A stretch of 64,000 nt of DNA, from assembly GCF_009914755.1 (NCBI RefSeq), contig NC_060927.1. One strand, 5' to 3'. Every line of letters starts with the position of its first letter. Position 1 is the stretch's first letter. Below the pieces are notes generated by a model. It was not told the DNA's origin. It made no database searches and was given only the letters and a program-made list of their open reading frames with translations. Of this stretch, positions 29,292 to 46,613 are shown piece by piece. The DNA comes from the human T2T-CHM13v2.0 reference genome, Homo sapiens. Both the position numbers and the translations under genes were made by a program.

Positions 29292-30308
29292 ATGGGGAAA
29301 AAACAGAACAGAAAAACTGGAAACTCTAAAACGCAGAGCGCCTCTCCTCCTCCAAAGGAACGCAGTTCCTCACCAGCAACAGAACAAAGCTGGATGGAGA
29401 ATGATTTTGACGAGCTGAGAGAAGAAGGCTTCAGACGATCAAATTACTCTGAGCTACGGGAGGACATTCAAACCAAAGGCAAAGAAGTTGAAAACTTTGA
29501 AAAAAATTTAGAAGAATGTATAACTAGAATAACCAATACAGAGAAGTGCTTAAAGGAGCTGATGGAGCTGAAAACCAAGGCTCGAGAACTACGTGAAGAA
29601 TGCAGAAGCCTCAGGAGCCAATGCGATCAACTGGAAGAAAGGGTATCAGCAATGGAAGATGAAATGAATGAAATGAAGCGAGAAGGGAAGATTAGAGAAA
29701 AAAGAATAAAAAGAAATGAGCAAAGCCTACAAGAAATATGGGACTATGTGAAAAGACCAAATCTACGTCTGATTGGTGTACCTGAAAGTGATGTGGAGAA
29801 TGGAACCAAGTTGGAAAACACTCTGCAGGATATTATCCAGGAGAACTTCCCCAATCTAGCAAGGCAGGCCAACGTTCAGATTCAGGAAATACAGAGAACA
29901 CCACAAAGATACTCCTCGAGAAGAGCAACTCCAAGACACATAATTGTCAGATTCACCAAAGTTGAAATGAAGGAAAAAATGTTAAGGGCAGCCAGAGAGA
30001 AAGGTCGGGTTACCCTCAAAGGAAAGCCCATCAGACTAACAGCGGATCTCTCGGCAGAAACCCTACAAGCCAGAAGAGAGTGGGGGCCAATATTCAACAT
30101 TCTTAAAGAAAAGAATTTTCAACCCAGAATTTCATATCCAGCCAAATTAAGCTTCATAAGTGAAGGAGAAATAAAATACTTTATAGACAAGCAAATGCTG
30201 AGAGATTTTGTCACCACCAGGCCTGCCCTAAAAGAGCTCCTGAAGGAAGCGCTAAACATGGAAAGGAACAACCGGTACCAGCCGCTGCAAAATCATGCCA
30301 AAATGTAA
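29292..30308 (+). CDS. ORF1: L1 ORF1p, intact 338 aa RNA-binding chaperone
   Basis: Full-length MGKKQNRKTG...QNHAKM; REKG, ARR and YPAKLS motifs intact; R110Q and F134I relative to the recalled L1HS consensus. Confidence 0.96.
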   Translation: MGKKQNRKTGNSKTQSASPPPKERSSSPATEQSWMENDFDELREEGFRRSNYSELREDIQTKGKEVENFEKNLEECITRITNTEKCLKELMELKTKARELREECRSLRSQCDQLEERVSAMEDEMNEMKREGKIREKRIKRNEQSLQEIWDYVKRPNLRLIGVPESDVENGTKLENTLQDIIQENFPNLARQANVQIQEIQRTPQRYSSRRATPRHIIVRFTKVEMKEKMLRAAREKGRVTLKGKPIRLTADLSAETLQARREWGPIFNILKEKNFQPRISYPAKLSFISEGEIKYFIDKQMLRDFVTTRPALKELLKEALNMERNNRYQPLQNHAKM

Positions 30309-30347
30309 AGACCATCGAGACTAGGAAGAAACTGCATCAACTAATGA

Positions 30348-34199
<3,852 letters not shown>

Positions 34200-35404
34200 A
34201 CAATGACATCACATGGACACAGGAAGGGGAATATCACACTCTGGGGACTGTGGTGGGGTGGGGGGAGGGGGGAGGGATAGCATTGGGAGATATACCTAAT
34301 GCTAGATGACACGTTAGTGGGTGCAGCGCACCAGCATGGCACATGTATACATATGTAACTAACTTGCACAATGTGCACATGTACCCTAAAACTTAGAGTA
34401 TAATAAAAAAAAATAATAATTAAAAAAAAAAAAAAAAGCTTTTGGCTATTCTCTGTCTCCTCTGCCCTTCTCACACCCCCCTCCTAAAACAACTTAATCA
34501 GGAGCAAAATATATATTTTAATAAATACATACACATATATGTAATTTGCTCATGCAGAGTAATTTGTCTCCCTCCAGTCCCTCAATAACAAAGTTCCTTT
34601 GGAGCAACCAAAATCTGGAACTTTGATATCATCATTGTAGAATCCCTGATGAAGTTGTTAAACAAAGTGTGTCTCTTCCTCCATTTCTGGCATGAATGTT
34701 GTGTGGTGAAATGGGAGGTTCTATTTATATAATAGGTACCCAGATAAGGTAATAACTTAAGGTATTATTATCAACTACTCTATTTGAGTTCTCACCTTGA
34801 GTCTATTACCAAACTGTATCATTCCTGCATACAAACTACCTCTCAGAATTACACTCTTGCTTTCCAATTCCCTGGACATTTCCTGGAACTATGTCGGCAG
34901 TACCTGGATTATCAACACCCTTCATAGATGCCATTGTCTCCCTACCCAAACCAGAAACTGCTGCTGAAATAACTTTGACAAATATTTGTTTTATAATCTC
35001 ATTCTTTAGTTTAAAGATACAAAAGCTCCCTATTGCCAAAGAGATTTTTTAAATGTAAGCTAACATACATCTGGCCATTTATGTAATCAACTCCATCCTT
35101 TCTTGCTTTCCTGTACAAATCTACCTCTGGCCAAGTAAATCTATTTCCAAACTCCAATCAGCATGATTTATGTAGCCTCACAAGCATTTCTGTTTTTAGC
35201 TGCATGCCAGCTCCACTGCCTGAAATATTCCTTCTCCTTTCTTCATCAATGAATATTCACTGGCACTTCAAAAACAAGGTCAAATTTTCTCTTCTCTTCT
35301 ACAGGATGTGCTCCTTGACCTATGCCTCCTGACTGACACCACTGCTCTACCCTCAGCCGCTTTATCAATTAAGGGCTCTGTTATCCATGAGCTTACATCT
35401 AGCC

Positions 35405-35645
35405 AAAATAACTTACATTAGCTGAGCACTTACTGTGTACTAAGCACTTTGCATGAGCGTTAGCTCATTTAATCCTCACCAAAAAAAAAAAAATTAACAT
35501 GTGTACTCTTTTCCCCATTAAACAGATGAGAAAATTGATGCTTAAAGAGCTTAAACACTTGTCCAGAACCACATAGCTACAGCATGGCAGAACAAGATTT
35601 TGAACCTGGACTGTCTGGGTTCATCACTTGTACTCTAACGACTAT
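35405..35645 (-). mobile_element. MIR
   Basis: 'ctgagcacttactgtgt.ctaagcact..ctcatttaatcctcac..cccatt..acagatgagaaaattga..tttgaacctgg'. Confidence 0.85.
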
Positions 35646-36285
35646 AACATAAAACTGGTACAACAATTGTGTTATTCAATACATAGAGTCATTTATGTTT
35701 TTCTAGTCTGTTAATCCATCCAGACCAGGAACTTCTGAAAGTAATGGATGGCTCCTTCTACCATAATTATTTATAATCCTTGTCTCTTTTTCTTTGGATA
35801 TTTTAATTTAAAATGGGGGAGGGCAATCATAATGGAATGACATAATGATATCTGTTCCTCTCATAAGTGAAACTTGTTTGCCTCCACAGTCCCTCAATCA
35901 GTACCAGTTATCCTCTAGGTAAGCTGATTTTAAGAGTTATCAGTTATCACTTAAGAGTAATAGATGTAGGCCTAAAATTGCTACAAGGGGGATCATTATA
36001 CTCCTGAAGCCCTCATCTGGCAGAATTGTTTAAAATTCTGGAAAATCAAATTCTTTCCAGACCACATAGGAATATGATCTGCTCTTTTTTCTTACTCTCA
36101 AGGAATCTAAAAAAAATAAGAAATGTAGCATTTCTGTGAAATCTGTTTTTCTTCCAGAAAAACAAACCAAAGAAAATATATATTTCTAAACTAGACTATG
36201 TAAAAATCCGTGTTTGTTTGCAGAAGTCCCAAGAGGAAATAATTTATCCTTTTGCAGACTAACTTAAGTGTACCTAATAACCTTC

Positions 36286-36945
36286 TTTTAAAAAAAAATA
36301 ATTTTATTGTGTATATTTTAGATTTACAACATGATGTTATGGGATACATATAGATAGTAAAATGGTTATTATGGTGAGGCAGTTTAACATATCTATCATT
36401 TCACACAGTTACTTTTTTGTGACAAGAGCACTTAAAATATACTTATTTAACAAAAATCCTTAATACACTACAATTTGTTAACTTTATTCATGTTGTGCAT
36501 TAGATCTCTAACCATGTTCATCCTACATGTCTGTTATTTTGTGTCCTTGACCTACATCTCACCATTTCCTCCCCCTACCCTCAGCTCATGTTAACCACTA
36601 TTTCATTCTCTATCTCTATGTACTGGAGATCTTTTTGTTCCCACATATAAGTGAGATCATGCAATATTTCTCTTTCTGTTTCTGGTTTATTTCACCTAAT
36701 ATAATGTCCTCCAGACCCATCCATGTTGTAGCAAAAGGCAAGTTAGCAATACCTCTTCTGGGTCTATACCCAAAGGAGATGAAATCACCTTATTAAGATA
36801 CCTGCATTCCCATGTTCATTGCAACATTATTCACAATGGCCAAGATATAGAAACAAACTAAATGTCCATTGACAGACAAATGGATAAAGAAAATGCATTG
36901 TATATGCAGTGGAATATTATTCAGCCTTAAAAAAAGAAGTGATCA
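36286..36945 (-). mobile_element. L1MA-type 3' end with 5' inversion (minus 36286-36742, inverted plus part 36743-36945)
   Basis: Antisense L1MA 3'UTR followed by the immediately upstream L1 segment in sense; TSD taataaccttc (36275-36285) / taataatcttc (36946-36956). Confidence 0.8.
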
Positions 36946-38319
36946 TAATAATCTTCCTGATGACATATCTGAGTAAGCATTACCAGTATTTACTATGTAG
37001 TCAAATATTCCATTTCTTGCAACCGTTAGTCTTAGTATGCTTTTACATGATGAATAGCCTCCCAATAAGAAAATTAATCAAAGAAAACAAAATCATATTT
37101 CTTCCTCAAAATTGTAATAGAATAAAATGTATAAAAGGGATGGAATAAGCAAGTAATACGTGATTTATTTTATAATCTCTTATGCACCAAGAGCCTATTT
37201 CCACTAAAGCAAATCTTAAAGCTCTCTCTATAAATAGGTATTTGATAGATGTTGACTTTTATTCTACCGGTTCTCATTAGTTTCATAATGGTAACTCTAT
37301 GTAATTTTCAACTACCAGCTAGCAGACCTGGGTTTGGGAATTTGCAATGGTGAATTTATAATGCCCCCATCTTGCAGCTAGTCTACTTACGAAACGCAAA
37401 ATAATTTTTACATCGCTCTTTTTAAAACAACATGAAGAAATAAACAAATCCACTGGCAGGAAAAACAATTATGTAATTCATTCTAAGTCATTCTGTGTAT
37501 AATTTTCAAAATATGTATTACTTCAAGTTATCAAGTTTTCAGCTCCTTATGAGCAAAAACCTGGGAATTGGTGGATCTGGAGATGCATTTCTTTAAAAAA
37601 ATTGGGCATAATAAAATGAACTGAAATACTTTCATAAGAATTACACATTTATTTTAAATTAATTCATAGATGCTGACTTATTCATTTAAAATTGTAAAAA
37701 CGTTTTTACTATTAGACCATCTTGACTAATTTAATTAGTTAAAGACTTCATGCCAGTTTAATGTGCCTGGAGGTTTTTGCATACTTCATTATAAAAATAG
37801 AGTTTAAAGATAAAGACCATTCCTTGATAATGTTAATAAAAATCATGTAAATGGATAGAACAGTCAATAGGGCTTTGTGATTACATTACACCTATATCAG
37901 AAAAAAGAATGCTATTAATCCTCAAAATATTCATACCTTAAAAGCTATTTAACATTATGTAAATGTGATAAGGACTCTCCAATTTATTTCACAGTGATTT
38001 GGGCAGGAGGCAGCCAGCAGGCAAGAAAGAACAAGACCATATTGATGCGAACAGTCATTTGATAATATAGAAAAAGGAGTGGAAGGAGAGAAGAAAAAGT
38101 ACAAGGAGAAGCTGGGAAGGAAGAGGGAGGGAGGAGAAGGAAAACTAATGCTTCTCGAGCACATCTAATTTGGCAGACATTCTTTTAAATATCTTGATAT
38201 GAATTACTATATTGAAGCTTCATGAGCTCCATGAAGCAGGTGCTGGCATTATCTCCATTGCACAGAGGAGGAAGCAAAATAGAGGCCAAAATTCTTTTAA
38301 GCAAGTAGTTTGATTAGGG

Positions 38320-38377
38320 GAAGAAGAAGAAGAAGAAGAAGGAGAAGGAGAAGGAGAAGGAGAAGGAGAAGGAGGAA
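38320..38377. repeat. (GAA)n(GGAGAA)n purine microsatellite
   Basis: Read directly; it produces the spurious poly-Arg ORF. Confidence 0.95.
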
Positions 38378-39309
38378 TAGCCAGATGGGCAAAATGATAG
38401 ATAGTTCCCTTCTGGGAGGGAAAAAATGTATTTACTATACATGTTATCTACTTGGGTTCTCTACTTGTTTTCTATTCAGGGACTCTTACACTGAGATCAG
38501 TGAGAAAAATTTTCCTTTTCTAGAGAACAGGAATTTTTGACCACCACCAGGCAGGTAGCAGTCTACCAAACTGAGCCTCTGTGTGAAGTAGGAATAAGTG
38601 TCTCCTCCTGGAGAAAGAATCACAAAAAATGGCAACTCAGTGGATGAATTAGGAAAAGCACCTGCTCCAGTTGAATGACACAAACAAGTTTATACTTCCT
38701 CTGGGCTAAAGTCACCCAAGGCCAGGGCCTACCACCTAGCAAGTGGGAGTTTAGCCTCCACTGGCCCGGTGCTGCTGTGCAGAAAATAGCCTGCTCAAGT
38801 GGTCACATACTGAATCCTAGGACGAGATGGGCATATTGATTTTGTTAAAAGGCTTCAAACCTAACTCTAACACCTTGGGAGACTCACTTTCCATCTTTCT
38901 CAGCACTTCCTTGAACCTGAGATTCAGAAACACCTTTCAGGTCTCAACATATTCTGTTACTTGGCGCAGAATATCTTCCCTCACCTTGTAGGCCCTTGCC
39001 TACCTGGATAATCACTATTCAACTCAATTCAAATGCCACTTCTTCTGGGAAGCTGTCCCTAAAGTCAAAGTTAAGAAATAAAACAGACCAGACAGGAGAC
39101 TACCATTGCCTAAAGGAAAAATCCAATAGCCAAAAATAGACAAATTTTAGTCTGAGAGTCAGACTGAAAACAAGAAATATTTTGGGTTTAATTCCTATTC
39201 TTTCCTCAATTGACTACAATTAAATGGTGAGGAAACCAGTGCTCATGTGCTCACACCGCAAATGTTCTTGCAATCCCTACTATTTCCAAATTAAAAGAGC
39301 TTTAAAGCC

Positions 39310-39430
39310 CAATCTAAGTGACCCTCAGTAAACTCCTTGAAGCCTCTGTTTCCTCAGTTTTAAAATGGGCATAATAATACCTACCTTAGCAAAGTGTTAT
39401 GTAGCAAATGCTCTCTAAATGTTAGCCCCT
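39310..39430 (+). mobile_element. MIR core fragment
   Basis: 'gtgaccct..agcctctgtttcctcagttttaaaatgggcataataatacctacctt'. Confidence 0.7.
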
Positions 39431-41695
39431 TCCCTTCCCTTAGACTGTGAAAGATATGCTTACGTTTCCCCAACCCCACTAATCTATAAACTTCTAAAGC
39501 CAAAACCATGTCTTATTTACATAGATTCTCTTTGTATCTTTCTTCTCACTCCACCTCTACCTCATCACAATATCTAACACATAAACATTTGCTCAATAAA
39601 TATTTGATAAATGCACACAAAGATGGCTTACAGTACCTGCCTGTAAGGACTTTAATAATTTATAGGAGAGATGCCAAAATTTCCCAAAGAAGCTGTGGTA
39701 TGCAACAAAGGAAGAACTGATGCTTATCAGTTTTCTTTTCCTCATCTCTGATGTTTACTAATTTATTCATGTAACAAACGTTTTTAAAGTGTCTGTTTTT
39801 TTAAAGTGCATATGTCATGTGGAAAGCACTGTAGTTGGAGTTATGGGGAGAGGAGGGAAAAGTGCAGGGGACCCTTTCCCTTGAAGTCTAAATGAAGAAA
39901 AAAGAAATTTATCTGAATAATTAGAAGAGACCATTGACTATGATGATCACAATATAGAGAATCAACCCAAAATGCCAGAGCCATTCAAAAAGGAGAGTGA
40001 TGATCTGTAAGGCAGCAGTGTGAGAGAACAAGCCTGTGGTTTTCCATGTCCTCATGGAAACCTGATAAGGCAAAAGAAAGCTCTAAATACTTTGTCAAGC
40101 ATAAAGACAGGGAAGTAGGTGCCAAAGATGTTGGCTTTATTACTTTTATGGTTAGTACATATTGTACCATGATGCAAAGAAGATTAGAAGACATACACCA
40201 CAATGCCAATAGGTATTAACTCAATGTGATCAGATTATAATTTTTTTCTAGCCGTGTATCTTTTTTTTGTCTTTTTAACATTTGTTCATTTACCATAGGT
40301 TAACCATTGGTTCTATAATTACAAGATAAAACCATTAGCCCTTCTTATTTATCTAATGTTCTTACATGCTACCAAATAATAATATAAATGAATATGGCAT
40401 CTTTAATGCACTTTCCCTGTGCTTTTAAACATAAAGTTTCCCATAATTAAGTGGCATCCATTTCTTATTTCTCTTTGAATCATTTAAATTATGTATTTTT
40501 CATGAGAAAAGCATCCCTTATTCAATAAAGAGTGCTGAGAACACTGGCTAACCATATGCAGAAGACCGAAATTATCCCTACCTATCATACAGGTCTTTCT
40601 GCTGTTGGGAAGTTTCTTTCAGCAGAGGCACAGTTGCAGTGCTGGACTCAGCAGGAAAAGTCTGCAGCTCTACCCCAACAATCAGACAATTCTGGTGCTT
40701 GTGAAAGATCTTGGAAAATAGCACTTCTTTTGCCTTCGTCTACCACTGCAGACACAACTGGGGCTTCTCCCACAGGAGCTTGGCATGGGTACACCTATAG
40801 ACAGCATTTCTGGAACACTTCAGGGTGACTGCATCCTCACAGAAAGAGCACCCTCCAGGTTCAGGCTTACATGAGAGATAGAGTTACAGTTCCTTTCTAC
40901 TTGGAACATCAACATTCCTGCAGAGGAAAAGAGGTGGCTTTCTGATCTGAATAGCCAGCACACTGGGTCAGGATTATGTCTGGGAGGTGGATCACTTTCC
41001 TGCTTGCCTGGCAGGGGAGCTGAGGTGACTTCCACTCTTCCCCTGATAAGATCTCAGTGTGTTTTACTGAGAGGTCTCCCAGTCACCTCTGTCAAGGCTG
41101 GAACTTCTGCCTACCATCAGGTATTGCATTTATCTACCTGCTTCAGCCACAACTGGTTTCCACACAGCTACACCCCTATTGACCCAGAGTCAGAAATATT
41201 CAACTTAGTAAATAAAATACTGAGGGGGAAATAAATAAATAAGTGCATACCACAGGGGAATTAGATAAGTTTCAAGACACCTCTACCATACCAACCTTAT
41301 AGGAGAAAGTGGACTTGCTCACATACCAAGCACATTGCTATTACAGCCAGCATCTGAGAAAGCCTCATAAAAAGACTGCCTATAACCAAGAACTCATACA
41401 GAGTCTTCACCCATGAAAGCACCAAGAACTGAATTAGGCTACAATAAACCATAAACATGAAAGTAATATCTTTAAAGGGGAAAAAAAGAAATTAAAAAAA
41501 CAGTCAAATCAAAAATGAATTCAAGAATAATTATAAGAAATAGTCTACACAAATAAAAAGAAACCAGAAAAATAATTCTGATAATATGACAAAACAGGAT
41601 TCTATAGTACCCCTAAAAAAACACAGTAGGTTTCCAGCAATGGATCCTAACCAAGATGAAATCTTTCAAATACCAGATAAATAATTCAAAAGTTT

Positions 41696-41815
41696 GACCA
41701 GGTGCAGTGGCTCACTCCTGTAATCTTAGCACTTTGGGAGGCTGAGATGGGAGGATCACTTGAGCTCAGGAGTTTAAGATTATCCTGGGCAACATAGTGA
41801 GAACTCATCTCTACA
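41696..41815 (+). mobile_element. FLAM / AluJ left monomer
   Basis: 'gaccaggtgcagtggctcac..ggaggatcacttgagctcaggagtt..cctgggcaacatagtgaga'. Confidence 0.85.
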
Positions 41816-41954
41816 TGAAGAAGAAGAAGAAAAAGAAGGGTGGGGGAGGAGGATGAAGGGGAGGGGGAGGTAGAGTAGGAAGTAGGAGGGGCAGGAGAAG
41901 AAGGAGGATGAGGAGAAAAGAAGGAGAAGGAGGAGGAGGGAAAGGAAGGAAGGA

Positions 41955-42006
<52 letters not shown>

Positions 42007-42010
42007 AAAG
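41816..42010. repeat. Polypurine tract ending in (GAAA)n
   Basis: About 195 bp of almost pure A/G derived from the FLAM tail. Confidence 0.93.
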
Positions 42011-43049
42011 ACATTGATTATTAAGCTCCACAAGGAGATACCAGAGAAAGGTGAAAACCAACAGAGAAATTTTAAAAACAATTCAGGATATGAATGAAAA
42101 TTTTTCTAAAGAAATAGACATCTTAAAGGAAAATCAATCAAAACCTCTGGAAATAAAAAATACATTTAGGAAATTACAAAATGCCGTGGAAAATGTTAAC
42201 AAAAAACTAGAACAGGTAGAAGAAAGAATCTCGGAGCTCAAAGACAACACAAGAAAAATTAACCCAATCAGACAAAAATAAAGAAAAAAGAATCAAAAAG
42301 AAATGAACAACATCTCTAAGAAATATGGGAATTCATAAAATGGCCAAACCTAAGAATAACTGGTGTTCCTGAGAGAGAAGAGAAAGCAAAAACTTTGGAA
42401 AACTCATTTGAGGGAATAATTGAGGAAAACTTCCCTGGCCTTGCTAGAGATCTAGATATCCAAATACAAAAAGTTCAAAGGAATCGTGGAAGAGTCATGG
42501 CAAAGAGGACGTCACCAAGGCATTTAGTCATCAGGCTATTCCTTTCTACTTGGAACATCAACATTCCTGCAGATGAAAAGAGGTGACTTTTCAGAAAAAA
42601 ATTCTAAAAGCAGTGAGACAAAAGTATCAGGTAACCTATAAAGGAAAACCTAACATCAGACCTCTCAGCAGAAACCTTACAAGCTAGAAAGGATTGGGCT
42701 TCTATCTTTAGCCTCATTAAACAGAATAACTGTCATCCAATAATTTTGTTTCCAGCAAAACTAATTTCATAAATGAAGGAGTAATAAAGTCATTTTCAGG
42801 CAAATAAATGCTAAGGAAATTTGTCACTGCCACTCCAGCCCTACAAGAAATGCTAAAATGGGGGTTTTCTCCAAGATGGCCGAAAAGGAACAGCTACAGT
42901 CTACAGCTCCCAGTGTGAGCAATGCAGAAGACAGGTGATTTCTGCATTTCCAACTGAGGTACCAGGTTCATCTCACTGGGGCTTGTCAGACAGTGGGTGC
43001 AGAACTGTGGGTGCAGTGCACCGAGCATGAGCCAAAGCAGTGCGAGGCA

Positions 43050-43313
43050 TCACCTCACCCAGGAAGTGCAAGGGATCAGGGAATTCTCTTTCATAGCCAA
43101 GTAAAGCTGTGACAGACGGCACCTGGAAAATCGAGTCACTCCCACCCTAATACTGCACTTTTCCAATGGTCTAAGCAAACGGCACACCAGGAGATTATAT
43201 CCCGCGCATGGCTCAGAGGGTCCAACGCCCACGGAGCCTCGCTCATTGCTAGCACAACACTCTGAGATTGAACTGCAAGGCGGCATCAAGGCTAGGGGAT
43301 GGGCCCCTGCCAT
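43050..43313 (-). CDS. ORF0: ORF0 homolog of the L1PA4 (87 aa, open)
   Basis: MAGAHPLALMPPCSSISECCASNERGSVGVGPSEP..IRVGVTRFSRC aligns with L1HS ORF0. Expression unknown. Confidence 0.55.
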   Translation of the reverse strand: MAGAHPLALMPPCSSISECCASNERGSVGVGPSEPCAGYNLLVCRLLRPLEKCSIRVGVTRFSRCRLSQLYLAMKENSLIPCTSWVR

Positions 43314-45464
43314 TGCTGAGGCTTGAGTAGGTAAACAAAGCAGCCAGGAAGCTCAAACTGGGTGGAGCCCACTGCAGCTCAAGGAGGCCTGCCTGCCTCT
43401 ATAGACTCCATATCTGCGGGAAGGGCATAGCCAAACAAAAGGCAGCAGAAACCTCTGCAGACTTAAATGTCCCTGTCTGACAGCTTTGAAGAGAGTAGTG
43501 GATCTCCCAGCATGGAGTCTGAGATCTGAGAATGGTCAGACTGCCTCCTCAAGTGGGTCCCTGACCCCCGAGTAGCCTATCTGGGAGGCATCGCCCAATA
43601 GGGGCAGACTGATACCTCACACAGGCAGGTACCCCTCTGAGATGAAACCTCCAGAGGAACAATCAGACAGCAACATTTGCTGTTCAGCAATATTCACTGT
43701 TCTGCAGTCTCTGCTGCTGATACCGAGGCAAACAGGGTCTGGAGTGGACTTCCAGCAAACTCCAACAGATCTGCAGCTGAGGGTCCTGACTGTTAAAAGG
43801 AAAACTAGCAAACAGAAAGGACATCCACACCAAAACCCCATCTGTATGTCACCATCATCAAAGACCAAAGGTAGATAAAACCACAAAGATGGGGAAAAAA
43901 CAGAACAGAAAAAACTGAAAATTCTAAAAATCAGAGCTCCTCTCCTCCTCCAAAGGAACACAGCTCCTCACCAGCAATGGAACAAAGCTGGACAGAGAAT
44001 GACTTTGACGAGTTGAGAGAAGAAGGCTTCAGACAATCAAACTTCTCTGAGCTAAAGGAGGAAGTTTGAACCCATGGCAAAGAAGTTAAAAACCTTGAAA
44101 AAAGATTAGATGAATGGCTAACTAGAATAAGCAATGCCAAGAAGTCCTTAAAGGACCTAATGGAGCTGAAAACCACAGAACGAGAACTACATGACGAATG
44201 CACAAGCTTCAGTAGCCGATTCGATCAACTGGAAGAAAGGGTGTCAGTGATTGAAGATCAAATGAATGAAATGAAGTGAGAAGTTTAGAGAAAAAAGAGT
44301 AAAAAGAAACAAAACAAAGCCTCCACGAAATATGGGACTATGTGAAAAGACCAAATCTACGTCTGATTGGTGTACCTGAAAGTGACGGGGAGAATGGAAC
44401 CAAGTTGGAAAATACTCTGCAGGATATTTTCCAGGAGAACTTCCCCAACCTAGCAAGTCAGGCCAACATTTAAATTCAGGAAATACAAAGAACACCACAA
44501 AGATACTCCTCGAGAAGAGCAACTCCAAGACACATAATTGTCAGATTCAGCAAAGTTGAAATGAAGGAAAAAATGTTAGGGGCAGCCAGAGAGAAGGGTC
44601 CGGTTACCCACAAAGGGAAGCCCATCAGACTAACAGCTGATCTCTTGGCAGAAACTCTACAAGCCAGAAGAGAGTGGGGGCCAATATTCAACATTCTTAA
44701 AGAAAAGAATTTTCAACCCAGAATTTCATATCCAGCCAAATTAAGCTTCATAAGTGAAGGAGAAATAAAATACTTTAAAGACAAGCAAATGCTGAGAGAT
44801 TTTGTCACCAACAGGCCTGCCCTACAAGAGCTCCCAAAGGAAGCACTAAACATGGAAAGGAACAATCAGTACCAGCCACTGCAAAAACATGCCAAATTGT
44901 AAAGACCATCGAGGCTAGGAAGAAACTGCATCAACTAAAGAGCAAAATAACCAGCTAACATCATAATGACAGGATCAAATTCACACATAACAATATTAAC
45001 CTTAAATGTAAATGGGCTAAATGCTCCAATTAAAAGACACAGACTGGCAAATTGGATAAAGAGTCAAAACCCATCAGTGTGCTGTATTCAGGAAACCCAT
45101 CTCACGTGCAGAGACACACATAGGCTCAAAATAAAGGGATGTAGGAAGATCTATCAAGCAAATGGAAAACAGAAAAAGGCAGGGATTGCAATCCTTGTCT
45201 CTGATAAAACCAGACTTTAAATAAACAAAGATCAAAAGAGACAAAGAAGGCCATTACATAATAGTAAAGGGATTAATTCAACAAGAAGAGCTAACTATCC
45301 TAAATATGTATGCACCCAATACAGGAGCACCCAGATTCATAAAACAAGTCCTTACAGACCTACAAAGAGACTTAGACTCCCACACAATAATAATGGGAGA
45401 CTTCAACACCCCACTGTCAACAATAGCCAGATCAACGAGACAGAAAGTTAACAAGGATATCTAG

Positions 45465-46046
<582 letters not shown>

Positions 46047-46460
46047 TGAATCCAGGAGCTGGTTTTTGAAATGATCAATGAAATTGATAGACCACTAGCA
46101 AGACTAATAGAGAAGAAAAGAGAGAAGAATCAAATAGACGCAACAAAAAATGATAAAGGGGATATCACCACCAATCCCACAGAAATACAAACTACCAACA
46201 GAGAATACTATAAACACCTCTATGCAAATAAACTAGAAAATCTAGAAGAAATGAATAAATTCCTGGACACATACACCATCCCAAGACTAAACCAGGAAGA
46301 AGTTGAATCTCTGAATAGACCAGTAACAGGCTCTGAAATTGAGGCAATAATTAATAGCCTACCAACCAAAAAAAGTATAGGACCAGATAGATTCACAGCC
46401 GAATTCTACCAGAGGTTCAAGGAGGAGCTGGTACCATTCCTTCTGAAACTATTCCAATAA

Positions 46461-46613
<153 letters not shown>

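Noticed and set aside
38310-38540. Poly-arginine ORF
   Set aside because: Translation of a GAA/GGAGAA microsatellite.
41686-42081. Phe/Ser/Pro-rich overlapping ORFs
   Set aside because: Antisense translation of the (GAAA)n tract and FLAM.
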